NCBI GenBank assembly: GCA_964569655.1
Contig: CAZMTN010000002.1
Coordinates: forward strand, 70,197 to 134,196
Source: an uncultured Candidatus Saccharibacteria bacterium
GTDB taxonomy: Bacteria; Patescibacteriota; Minisyncoccia; Phycocordibacterales; Phycocordibacteraceae
Direction of reading: 5' to 3'
Length of the DNA stretch: 64,000 nt
In this document: positions 1-6,557 of the stretch, piece after piece
Numbering within the stretch: the first letter of the stretch is position 1
Layout: each line of letters begins with the position of its first letter
The notes under the pieces: generated by a model
Databases searched by the model: none
What the model saw: only the letters and a program-made list of their open reading frames with translations
What the model was told of the DNA's origin: nothing
Made by a program: the position numbers and the translations under genes

Positions 1-614
1 TCCTCGGCTACGCGAACGGGGATGCGCGGCGCGCGCTCGGCATGATCGACGGCGCCATCGCGCTCTACGGGGAAGTGACGATGGAGACTTTGAATAAGGC
101 GCTCGAGTCGCCGCACCTGCGCTACGACAAGAAGGGCGAGGAGCACTACGACACTATCAGCGCGTTCATAAAATCCATGCGCGCATCGCAGCCGGATGCC
201 GCGCTCTACTATCTCGCCCGCATGGTGGAAGCGGGGGAGGACCCGCTCTTCATCGCGCGCAGGATGGTCGTGTTCGCGTCGGAGGATATCGGCGTCGCGG
301 ACGTAAACGCGCTCCCGCTCGCGAACGCGGTCTTCCGCGCCTGCGAGACCATCGGCTACCCGGAGTGCGCCATCAACCTCGCGCACGGCGTCGCGTATCT
401 CGCGGAGGCGCCGAAGGGCCGCAAGTCATACGACGCATATTTCGAAGCCGTCGATGACGTCACCGGATACGGCAACCTCCCGGTACCCAAGAAGCTCCGC
501 AACGCACCCACCAAGCTCATGAAGAATCTCGGCTATAAGAAGGGGTACGAGATGTACGACAAAGAATCGTACCTGCCGGATACATTGAAAGATAAGAAGT
601 ACTACAAGGACTAG
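1..614 (+). CDS. rarA: Replication-associated recombination protein A (RarA/MgsA), C-terminal part; 5' end lies outside the window
   Basis: The in-frame translation upstream of the first ATG reads LGYANGDARRAL, a RarA hallmark, and continues through FASEDIG...NLAHGVAYLA. The frame is open from base 3. Confidence 0.8.
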   Translation, partial: LGYANGDARRALGMIDGAIALYGEVTMETLNKALESPHLRYDKKGEEHYDTISAFIKSMRASQPDAALYYLARMVEAGEDPLFIARRMVVFASEDIGVADVNALPLANAVFRACETIGYPECAINLAHGVAYLAEAPKGRKSYDAYFEAVDDVTGYGNLPVPKKLRNAPTKLMKNLGYKKGYEMYDKESYLPDTLKDKKYYKD

Positions 615-650
615 CGGATTCCGCGGCCCTCGGGTAAGGTTCAGAGCATC

Positions 651-1217
651 ATGCGTATCGGCATCTCAGGCGCCCGCGGCAGCTTCTCCGAGGAAGCGGC
701 GCGCATCTATGTGCGGGAAGGGAAGATAGAGGATCACGAGCTGGTGTATCTCACGTTCGTGGAGCAGGTGCTCGAGGCGCTCGAGAACGGCGAGATAGAC
801 ACCGGCATCTTCGCCATCGAGAACAGCAACGGCGGCGTCGTGACCGAATACCTGCCGGCCATCGGGAAGCACCGCTTCGGCATAGAGAAGATCTTCGAAA
901 TGAAGGTAGACCATATGCTGCTCGCGAAGAAAGACGCGAAGCGCGAAGACGTGAAGAAGATCGTCTCGCAGAACCAAGCGCTCCGGCAGTGCCGCGCATA
1001 CCTGCGCCGCGTGTGGCCAACGGCTGAAGTCATCGAATACATCGACACCGCGACTGCGGCGAAGGATCTCCACGAAGGGAAGCTCGGAAATGATGCAGCG
1101 GTGATCGCATCGCGCGCGACCGCAGAGCTCTACGATCTCCAAATCATGGAGGAAGGCGTGCAGGATATGAAATTCAACTTCACTACGTTCATCGTCGGGA
1201 AGAAGCTCCCAGATTGA
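651..1217 (+). CDS. Prephenate dehydratase catalytic (PDT) domain protein, 188 aa, with no ACT regulatory domain
   Basis: The N-terminus IGISGARGSFSEEAA matches the PDT signature (GPxGTFSEEA), and a TxF motif (NFTTF) sits near the C-terminus. The length covers only the PDT domain. Confidence 0.55.
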   Translation: MRIGISGARGSFSEEAARIYVREGKIEDHELVYLTFVEQVLEALENGEIDTGIFAIENSNGGVVTEYLPAIGKHRFGIEKIFEMKVDHMLLAKKDAKREDVKKIVSQNQALRQCRAYLRRVWPTAEVIEYIDTATAAKDLHEGKLGNDAAVIASRATAELYDLQIMEEGVQDMKFNFTTFIVGKKLPD

Positions 1218-1269
1218 GAAACTGATTCCGTTCAGGTAGGGTAGGTGAGGACCAGCACAGGAGATACGC

Positions 1270-1785
1270 ATGGGCTTCCGCCTGCACGACCGGCTGACGC
1301 TCGCATCGAGCCAGTTCGAGATACATCACTTCGATACCGTTTCGCTCGAATACACAGACCAGCGCGCAGTCTACCGCGCGTACCGCATGCTCTCGAGGCT
1401 TCCGGAGAATTCGGTGGTCTGCGCGAGCAAGGACCTGATCGTCGGGTTCGCGGCCGGAGCCAACAATCCGTACGCGGCATGCGAGGAGGCATGGGACTCC
1501 GTCTTCGATTCGCTGAGGACCTGGGGCGAATCCGTCCCGTACCGGATGGCTGCGGCGGTGAACTTCTCCGCGCATCGGGGGAACACCCAGGCGCTCGGAG
1601 CAATCGGGGCGCATGTGCTCATCTCCAGCGAGAACCTGGACGGCGTGTGGAGGGACCAGTTCCTCAGAGACTGGCTCGGGAAGCAGCACGAGCCCCAGGC
1701 CCACCCGCGCATCTATATCGAGCGCAAGTGGAATCTCAATCGGGCGAAGGAAAGGAAAGACCAAGAAAAGCGCGGCACTCTGTGA
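1270..1785 (+). CDS. Hypothetical protein (171 aa)
   Basis: Balanced amino-acid composition, and AGGAGA lies 7 nt upstream of the ATG. The competing ORFs 1189..1764(-) and 1245..1826(+) are Arg/Pro-rich and look like off-frame artefacts. Confidence 0.4.
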   Translation: MGFRLHDRLTLASSQFEIHHFDTVSLEYTDQRAVYRAYRMLSRLPENSVVCASKDLIVGFAAGANNPYAACEEAWDSVFDSLRTWGESVPYRMAAAVNFSAHRGNTQALGAIGAHVLISSENLDGVWRDQFLRDWLGKQHEPQAHPRIYIERKWNLNRAKERKDQEKRGTL

Positions 1786-1803
1786 GGGGTGCCGTTTCCT
1801 TAT

Positions 1804-1832
1804 TTGACGTGCCCCTCCGCACCTGATTAGAT
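1804..1832 (+). promoter_or_regulatory. Putative sigma70-type promoter (TTGACG-17 nt-TTAGAT) followed by a strong RBS (AGGAGGAAGTA ATG) for the 1860 gene
   Basis: Hexamers read directly from the sequence; the spacer is 17 nt. Confidence 0.3.
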
Positions 1833-1859
1833 GGCCGCAGCTCTTTACAGGAGGAAGTA

Positions 1860-2303
1860 ATGCAGATGAAGCGAGGGCGGCCGAGACTGCCGAGACCCGA
1901 AAAGCCGACGCCAGCCCCGGCCTTCACGAATAAGGAGCTGGACCTGACGCGCCCGAAGGGCTTCAAGCCGAAGCCGATACACCCAGGCATCGGTCCTATG
2001 TTCTACGAGATCCTGCATCGGAAGCGCGCGGAGCAGGCGAGAGCAAAAGCGGAACTGGACGCTCAGCCGAAGGACGACTCTGGTTCGTTCCGGAAGCGGG
2101 AGATCGTGGTCACGTACTGGGATGAGTATGTGAGGCGCCTCTGTTCGACTGCCGTCCGACCCGACCTCTTCGTGAGGCTGTGGCAGGAAGGGCGGCTCGA
2201 GCATCAGCTCACGGGCAAGTCTCCTCCCGAAACCTACCCGAGTCTGGCAGAAGCCCAGGCAAGCGCCTGGGAAGAACGCACGTCCCGCGGCAACCACTGG
2301 TAG
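1860..2303 (+). CDS. Hypothetical basic protein (147 aa)
   Basis: A strong Shine-Dalgarno (AGGAGG) sits 6 nt upstream, an intrinsic terminator follows, and the composition is balanced. Confidence 0.55.
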   Translation: MQMKRGRPRLPRPEKPTPAPAFTNKELDLTRPKGFKPKPIHPGIGPMFYEILHRKRAEQARAKAELDAQPKDDSGSFRKREIVVTYWDEYVRRLCSTAVRPDLFVRLWQEGRLEHQLTGKSPPETYPSLAEAQASAWEERTSRGNHW

Positions 2304-2315
2304 ATCAAGCAAAAG

Positions 2316-2352
2316 AAAAGCGGCGCCCCTCACGGAGCGCCGCTTTTTCCTT
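2316..2352. terminator. Bidirectional intrinsic terminator between convergent genes
   Basis: GC hairpin AGCGGCGCC-CCTCACGGA-GCGCCGCT followed by TTTTTCC. It lies between the 1860 gene (+) and hup (-). Confidence 0.6.
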
Positions 2353-2360
2353 TGTCTACA

Positions 2361-2633
2361 CTATTTAACCGCGTCTTTGAGCGCCTTTGCCGGGCGGAAC
2401 TTCGGGGTGCGGGTAGCCGCGATGCGGATGGACTCGCCGGTGCGCGGGTTGCGTCCCTGGCGTGCCGGGCGGGCCTTCGCGACGAAGATGCCGAGGCCGG
2501 CTACGGATACCTCCTCTCCCTTCGAGAGAGCGTCGGTAACCGAGGAAATAAAGGTCTCTACGGCACGTTCCGCGTCTGCTTTGGTTGAGCCGAGGACGCC
2601 GTGCACTTTCTCTACGATATCTGCCTTGTTCAT
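2361..2633 (-). CDS. hup: DNA-binding protein HU (90 aa)
   Basis: MNKADIVEKV...GLGIFVAKARPARQGRNPRTGESIRIAATRTPKFRPAKALKDAV is the canonical HU/IHF family. The start is placed at an internal Met of the longer listed ORF. Confidence 0.9.
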   Translation of the reverse strand: MNKADIVEKVHGVLGSTKADAERAVETFISSVTDALSKGEEVSVAGLGIFVAKARPARQGRNPRTGESIRIAATRTPKFRPAKALKDAVK

Positions 2634-2770
2634 AGATAGGTTCGTTAGGGCTAATCTCCCAACCGAGGTGACGGGTGTGGGTATGTAAAAAGTATAGAAA
2701 ACCAGGGTTTTTGCGCAATAGCCCTGGACAAAGGGGAGAGGATAGGGCGAAATCACGATTTCCTGCAATA

Positions 2771-2806
2771 AAAAGAAAAAGCCCGCTGTAAAGCGAGCTT
2801 TTATAA
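2771..2806 (-). terminator. Putative intrinsic terminator (minus strand) downstream of the 2825..2965 small gene
   Basis: On the minus strand, the hairpin AAGCTCGC-TTTACA-GCGGGCTT is followed by TTTTTCTTTTT. Confidence 0.4.
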
Positions 2807-2824
2807 TGAACAGAAAGATCGGAG

Positions 2825-2965
2825 CTAGGTAGCGATGCGGGGCTTGAGCCGCACATCGCGCACCTGCTTCGAGCCTGAGGCGATATCCTTGCGGATCTGG
2901 CTTACCAGATGTTCGCCGAGTGCCAGCAGGTCTTCGATCGAAGCCCTTCGGGTATTAGTACGCAT
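2825..2965 (-). CDS. Small hypothetical protein (46 aa; MRTNTRRASIEDLL...)
   Basis: CAGGAG lies 7 nt upstream of the ATG, after a 9-bp GC hairpin (GGGCGGCGG/CCGCCGCCC at ~2987-3016). Short and unsupported by homology. Confidence 0.25.
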   Translation of the reverse strand: MRTNTRRASIEDLLALGEHLVSQIRKDIASGSKQVRDVRLKPRIAT

Positions 2966-3018
2966 ACCGTTCTCCTGGTGGGAGGGCGGCGGAAGCTTTC
3001 GCTCCCGCCGCCCCACGG

Positions 3019-3501
3019 TTAGTTGAGGACGTCCTGCACCTTGCGGGACTGATCGCCGGCTTTCACGTCGGAAATGACCGCCGTGAGGATGCGCGACGTC
3101 TCCGGACCCGCCGCCTTGACCAGCTGCTGCAGCTTCTGCAGCTTGGCCTCGGTGGTGACGTCGCCCTTCGGCGCCTGCGGCTTCGCAGACGGGGCGGACG
3201 CGGACGTCTTCGCCTTGCTGCGACGCTTGCGACGCGCCTTCTTGCGCTTCGGCGCCGGGGGACGTTCGCGCTTGGTGCCGTCGGGCGACATGGTGACCAC
3301 CCAGCGACGGCCGGTGGTCTGAGCGACGACGCCCAGGCGGGACAGGTTCTGGAGGATGCGCTTCAGCATGCCCATGCTGCCGACTCCGAGCGTCGTCTTG
3401 AGGAACTTGTAGGAAGCGTCCTGGGATTTCAGGACCGCCTCCTTCGCCTTCCGGATCAGCTCTGCATTCAGGCGCTTCTTGCTATTGCGTTTCTTGGCCA
3501 T
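3019..3501 (-). CDS. Putative DNA-binding protein: FtsK-gamma-like winged helix with a lysine/arginine-rich histone-H1-like tail
   Basis: The segment ELIRKAKEAVLKSQDASYKFLKTTLGVGSMGMLKRILQNLSRLGVV follows the FtsK gamma pattern (A...V.....AS...LQR.L.IGY.RA.R.I..ME..GIV). It is followed by PPAPKRKKARRKRRSKAKTSASAPSAKPQAPK. The start is placed at MAKKR. Confidence 0.5.
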   Translation of the reverse strand: MAKKRNSKKRLNAELIRKAKEAVLKSQDASYKFLKTTLGVGSMGMLKRILQNLSRLGVVAQTTGRRWVVTMSPDGTKRERPPAPKRKKARRKRRSKAKTSASAPSAKPQAPKGDVTTEAKLQKLQQLVKAAGPETSRILTAVISDVKAGDQSRKVQDVLN

Positions 3502-3778
3502 GGGCCCTTTTCCTTTGCTTCTGTTGCTTCGGTTGCTTGGATGGCTCGTCTGACGGTTGCCAGAATCGAGTATTGAAGGCACGCCACCCATTTCTGGTCT
3601 GGCGCAGGTCTGAAAGAAACACGCGGTCCTTTTTGGCCGGGTGCGCTTTCTCTTTCCATACGTCTGGCGAGAGAGAGAAGGTGATTGAACCTTCGACCCC
3701 TACGGCAGTCGCGATGGCATAGTCGCCGCGGTGTCCTTTGAGGACCTCGCTGACAACTCCTTTCAGGCTTTGGGTCAC
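3482..3778 (-). CDS. Hypothetical protein (98 aa)
   Basis: A perfect SD (AGGAGG) lies 7 nt upstream of the ATG, and a near-consensus promoter sits further upstream. It overlaps the next gene by 20 nt. Confidence 0.5.
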   Translation of the reverse strand: MTQSLKGVVSEVLKGHRGDYAIATAVGVEGSITFSLSPDVWKEKAHPAKKDRVFLSDLRQTRNGWRAFNTRFWQPSDEPSKQPKQQKQRKRAHGQETQ

Positions 3779-3826
3779 ATAGCTCCTCCTTATGCGTACT
3801 GGGTGAGGATCTTCTGATCCAGGAGC

Positions 3827-3855
3827 AGTATAATATACTTATTCGTATATGTCAA
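3827..3855 (-). promoter_or_regulatory. Near-consensus sigma70 promoter (TTGACA-17 nt-TATACT) on the minus strand
   Basis: The reverse complement of 3827-3855 reads TTGACAtatacgaataagtatatTATACT. It lies immediately after the terminator T-tract of the upstream operon. Confidence 0.55.
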
Positions 3856-3889
3856 TAAAAACAGGCCCTACGCGTTAGCGCAGGGCCTG
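3853..3889 (-). terminator. Intrinsic terminator of the GHKL-ATPase operon
   Basis: On the minus strand, CAGGCCCT-GCGCTAACGCGT-AGGGCCTG is followed by TTTTTATT. Confidence 0.6.
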
Positions 3890-3917
3890 GTCTCTAGATA
3901 ATGTACAGGAGGTGCAA

Positions 3918-5522
3918 CTAGCTCTTACGCGGCCCGAAGCCCTGGGTGAACGCGGGGCTTTCCTTCAAGATCAGCACGGTCGGATCGATCAGCTTCTTCA
4001 GGAACGGGCGCACATACGTACGCTCCGCTTCCGGCATCAGCTCGATCGTGATCGCATGCGTCGCAATGACTTCCTGCAGACGCATAATGTCGCGATCATT
4101 CCGGTCGCACGCAACCCACTTGGGATGCGTGATGTTGAAGAACAGCGTCACGGTCTTCAGGTCGAACCGCCAGAGGTCTTCGCTGTCCATCTCCACGTGG
4201 GAGAAGTTCAGCCCCTGGTTGCCGCTCCGCACCATGGTCCGCTGCCGGCCGTTCTCCGGTGGAGCAGGCGGCACCGGGCGTACTTTCGGAGTAGGCGGCA
4301 CCGGCTCCGGACGCACTTTGGGAGTGGACGGCTCCGGACGCACCTTCGGAGACGCGTCATTGGAGTCATCGTCCGCATCACTGCGGCCGGCGTCACCATG
4401 ACGGAGGATGCCGGCAAGCTCGGGGTCGCCCTCGAAGAGCTTTTTCAAGTTCTCGAGAGAACGGCGGCCCAGATCCTGCAGGCGCTCTGCGGCGTTCGAG
4501 TTCTGAGCGCGTTCGATATGTTCGCGCCCCGTCTTCTCGAACCATGCGGTCAGCTGTACGCACAGGTCGATCAGCCGGTCATCCTCGGCGAAGGTCTTCC
4601 GGTTCGCTTCCAAGGTGATCTTCGAATGGAGGATCTCTCCTTCGAAGGTTCCCGACAGGAAAGCTTCCTTCACTTCCTTCTCCAAGAAATCCAGGCTCTC
4701 GAGCTGCTTCGCGAACTGCTTGAACGGCACGCGGAAGGCGTTATTTTCAACGCCGACCAGCACCTCGCCTTTGCGCTTGTCGGAACGCGGAACGACGAAC
4801 AGACGGATCGTCGTCGTTCCCATGCCGCTTGCGACCTTCTCTTCCGGCATGCGTTTCCCGGCGAAGTCACTCGCCCGGATCTGCACCGCCTCGAGCAAAG
4901 CCCCCGTCGCGTCGATCTCGTCGACCCACACGACCGCCTTCCGCTCGCGCATCGCAACCGCGAAGTTCGAGAGGATTTCCTGGCGCAGCTCGGCCACATC
5001 GAACCGGCCGATCTGACGATCGTCCGTGTACTTGATGATGCGAAGCTCGGACATCCATTGCTGGACGCCGTGCTCCTGGCCTTTCTTGGGAATGAGCACG
5101 TCCCGCACCACCTTCTCGAACGGCACTTCCACGTCGGACATCTTCTTGATGTCCTCGCAGATGAACCGCCACCGCCATACCTGCTTTTCCCCCTTCTCGA
5201 GGGCGCAGGTGGTGAAGGTGAACTCCCGGCACTTGCCGAGCGCCGCGATAAGGCCGATGCCGAACTGGCCCAGCTTGTCGCGGCTCTTGGTGGAGTGGCA
5301 CACGCTCTGCAGCGCGTTCTCGAACTTGGCATGCGTAACGCCCGAGCCGTTGTCGCGGATGAAGATCTCACGCTTCTTGCGGTTAATCTCGATCCCGATG
5401 ACGGTGGCGCCGGCATCAAGCCCGTTCTGGACCGCCTCTTTCACGACCTGCAAAAGACGCGGGTACTGTTGGGCAGCGAGGCCGAGTGCCGCGCCAGCCA
5501 TTAACCTGACTTTCGATCCCAT
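3918..5522 (-). CDS. GHKL (Bergerat-fold) family ATPase, MORC / HATPase_c_3-like, 534 aa, with a proline-rich repeat linker and an uncharacterised C-terminal domain
   Basis: N-box VVKEAVQNGLDAGAT, G1 box IRDNGSGV and G2 box GQFGIGL are all present. PKVRPEP is repeated three times. There is no kinase H-box or receiver domain. Confidence 0.7.
   Translation of the reverse strand: MGSKVRLMAGAALGLAAQQYPRLLQVVKEAVQNGLDAGATVIGIEINRKKREIFIRDNGSGVTHAKFENALQSVCHSTKSRDKLGQFGIGLIAALGKCREFTFTTCALEKGEKQVWRWRFICEDIKKMSDVEVPFEKVVRDVLIPKKGQEHGVQQWMSELRIIKYTDDRQIGRFDVAELRQEILSNFAVAMRERKAVVWVDEIDATGALLEAVQIRASDFAGKRMPEEKVASGMGTTTIRLFVVPRSDKRKGEVLVGVENNAFRVPFKQFAKQLESLDFLEKEVKEAFLSGTFEGEILHSKITLEANRKTFAEDDRLIDLCVQLTAWFEKTGREHIERAQNSNAAERLQDLGRRSLENLKKLFEGDPELAGILRHGDAGRSDADDDSNDASPKVRPEPSTPKVRPEPVPPTPKVRPVPPAPPENGRQRTMVRSGNQGLNFSHVEMDSEDLWRFDLKTVTLFFNITHPKWVACDRNDRDIMRLQEVIATHAITIELMPEAERTYVRPFLKKLIDPTVLILKESPAFTQGFGPRKS
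4255..4350. repeat. Imperfect tandem DNA repeat (~27-nt unit, 3 copies) encoding the PKVRPEP repeats
   Basis: The units ggcaccgggcgtactttcggagtaggc, ggcaccggctccggacgcactttgggagtggac and ggctccggacgcaccttcggagacgcg are visible in the sequence. Confidence 0.6.
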
Positions 5523-5556
5523 GTTGGGTCTCTCCTGCTAATGCTATAGGGGATGA

Positions 5557-6195
5557 TTACAGATTGTTACGCGCTCGTTCGCCGCACAGGCGCGCGAGCG
5601 AGTTCTTCAGGTTGAAGATGCCGTCGCCGCCGGACATTTTGCGGATCTCGTCGCGATCGTCAGCGGTAAACGCATCGGATAGCACGAGCTCCACGAGCGG
5701 AGCGAGGGCACTGATTTGCGCGACGAGTGATTGCTTCACCACGGTCGCGCTCTTCACTACAGGCAGCACATCCGCCTGAAGCTTCATTTCCGGCAAGTTC
5801 GCGGCCAATCGATCGAAGATTTGCATCTTTTCCTCGAGAGGCCGAACCTTGCCATGCAGGACCACGAGGGCCTGATGGTCTTGCGTATAGCCAACAGCGC
5901 TGTTGATTGCGCTGAGGGTCGTACGACCATCCGCGACCGCCCGACGAAGAGTCCGGACGGAAGGATGGATCATCGTCGGCACGTCGGATAACGTATAGCC
6001 GGCACTTTCGAGGAAACATTGCAGCTGGATCAGATTCGTTCCAGTCGGCAATGTGTCCTTCTTGAACCACCGCGACACGGTTGTGTCGAAGCTGTTCGGG
6101 TATTTCTCCCGGAAGGCAGCGACGGCTGCTCCGACAGTTGCCTTGCTTGAGACGAAGTGCCTCACGCAGGCGGCGGTTGTCCCTTTGAAGTTCAT
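5557..6195 (-). CDS. Hypothetical protein (212 aa), second gene of the GHKL operon; possibly helix-turn-helix-containing
   Basis: Co-oriented with the flanking genes, 35 nt upstream of the ATPase and 2 nt downstream of the 86-aa gene. No recognisable motif. Confidence 0.55.
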   Translation of the reverse strand: MNFKGTTAACVRHFVSSKATVGAAVAAFREKYPNSFDTTVSRWFKKDTLPTGTNLIQLQCFLESAGYTLSDVPTMIHPSVRTLRRAVADGRTTLSAINSAVGYTQDHQALVVLHGKVRPLEEKMQIFDRLAANLPEMKLQADVLPVVKSATVVKQSLVAQISALAPLVELVLSDAFTADDRDEIRKMSGGDGIFNLKNSLARLCGERARNNL

Positions 6196-6197
6196 GG

Positions 6198-6458
6198 TCA
6201 GCTCCTTGCTGAAACAGAGATGATTGACAGTTCTTGCGCACGCCAGCCTTTGTCGTGCTTCACGATTTCGGAAAGATAGACGATTTGTCCAGTCTCGATA
6301 GCCTTGTGATCTTCCTTCTTGCGGACAGTGATCGAGGTGTCGACGGTAAGGTCGAACAGCTCAGCATCAGCCTCCGAAAGGGGATAGGTCACGAAGTACC
6401 CAGGTGGGTCGACGATCTTTGCGATTCGAGCACGAAGAAGTCTCTCTTTCGTACTCAT
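6198..6458 (-). CDS. Hypothetical small protein (86 aa), first gene of the GHKL operon
   Basis: AAAGGAG lies 7 nt upstream of the ATG, directly downstream of a perfect consensus promoter. Its GC content is lower than the surroundings. Confidence 0.55.
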   Translation of the reverse strand: MSTKERLLRARIAKIVDPPGYFVTYPLSEADAELFDLTVDTSITVRKKEDHKAIETGQIVYLSEIVKHDKGWRAQELSIISVSARS

Positions 6459-6475
6459 TTCTACTCCTTTCTACT

Positions 6476-6545
6476 ATTGAGCTTTCAAAAGACGCTGCCC
6501 CGACATGGGGCAGACTGTCTATCATTATAATCAATATGTATACAA
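6476..6545 (-). promoter_or_regulatory. Perfect sigma70 consensus promoter (TTGACA-17 nt-TATAAT) with a 5'-leader hairpin plus U-tract
   Basis: The minus strand reads TTGACAtttgtatacatattgatTATAATgatagacagtCTGCCCCATGTCGGGGCAGcgtcttttg, then AAAGGAG and ATG. The hairpin can also terminate rny read-through. Confidence 0.65.
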
Positions 6546-6557
6546 ATGTCAAGTCCT

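Noticed and set aside
1189-1764. Minus-strand 191-aa ORF competing with the plus-strand 1270..1785 gene
   Set aside because: Leu, Arg and Pro-rich antisense-like translation. The plus-strand frame has an RBS and balanced composition.
2352-2856. Several ORFs (2352..2588 +, 2377..2688 +, 2365..2856 -) overlapping hup
   Set aside because: The HU frame is unambiguous, and the others are frame artefacts of GC-rich sequence.
3912-5504. Long ORF (530 aa) on the plus strand opposite the GHKL ATPase gene. Similar opposite-strand giants overlap PilB (14400..15869), NusA (10514..11545), PcrA (39254..40369 and 39781..41949), the VirB4 region (49672..50439) and others.
   Set aside because: Translations are dominated by Arg, Ala, Leu and Pro runs with no motifs, which is typical of stop-codon-poor antisense frames in high-GC DNA. 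The overlapped frames carry unmistakable conserved motifs.
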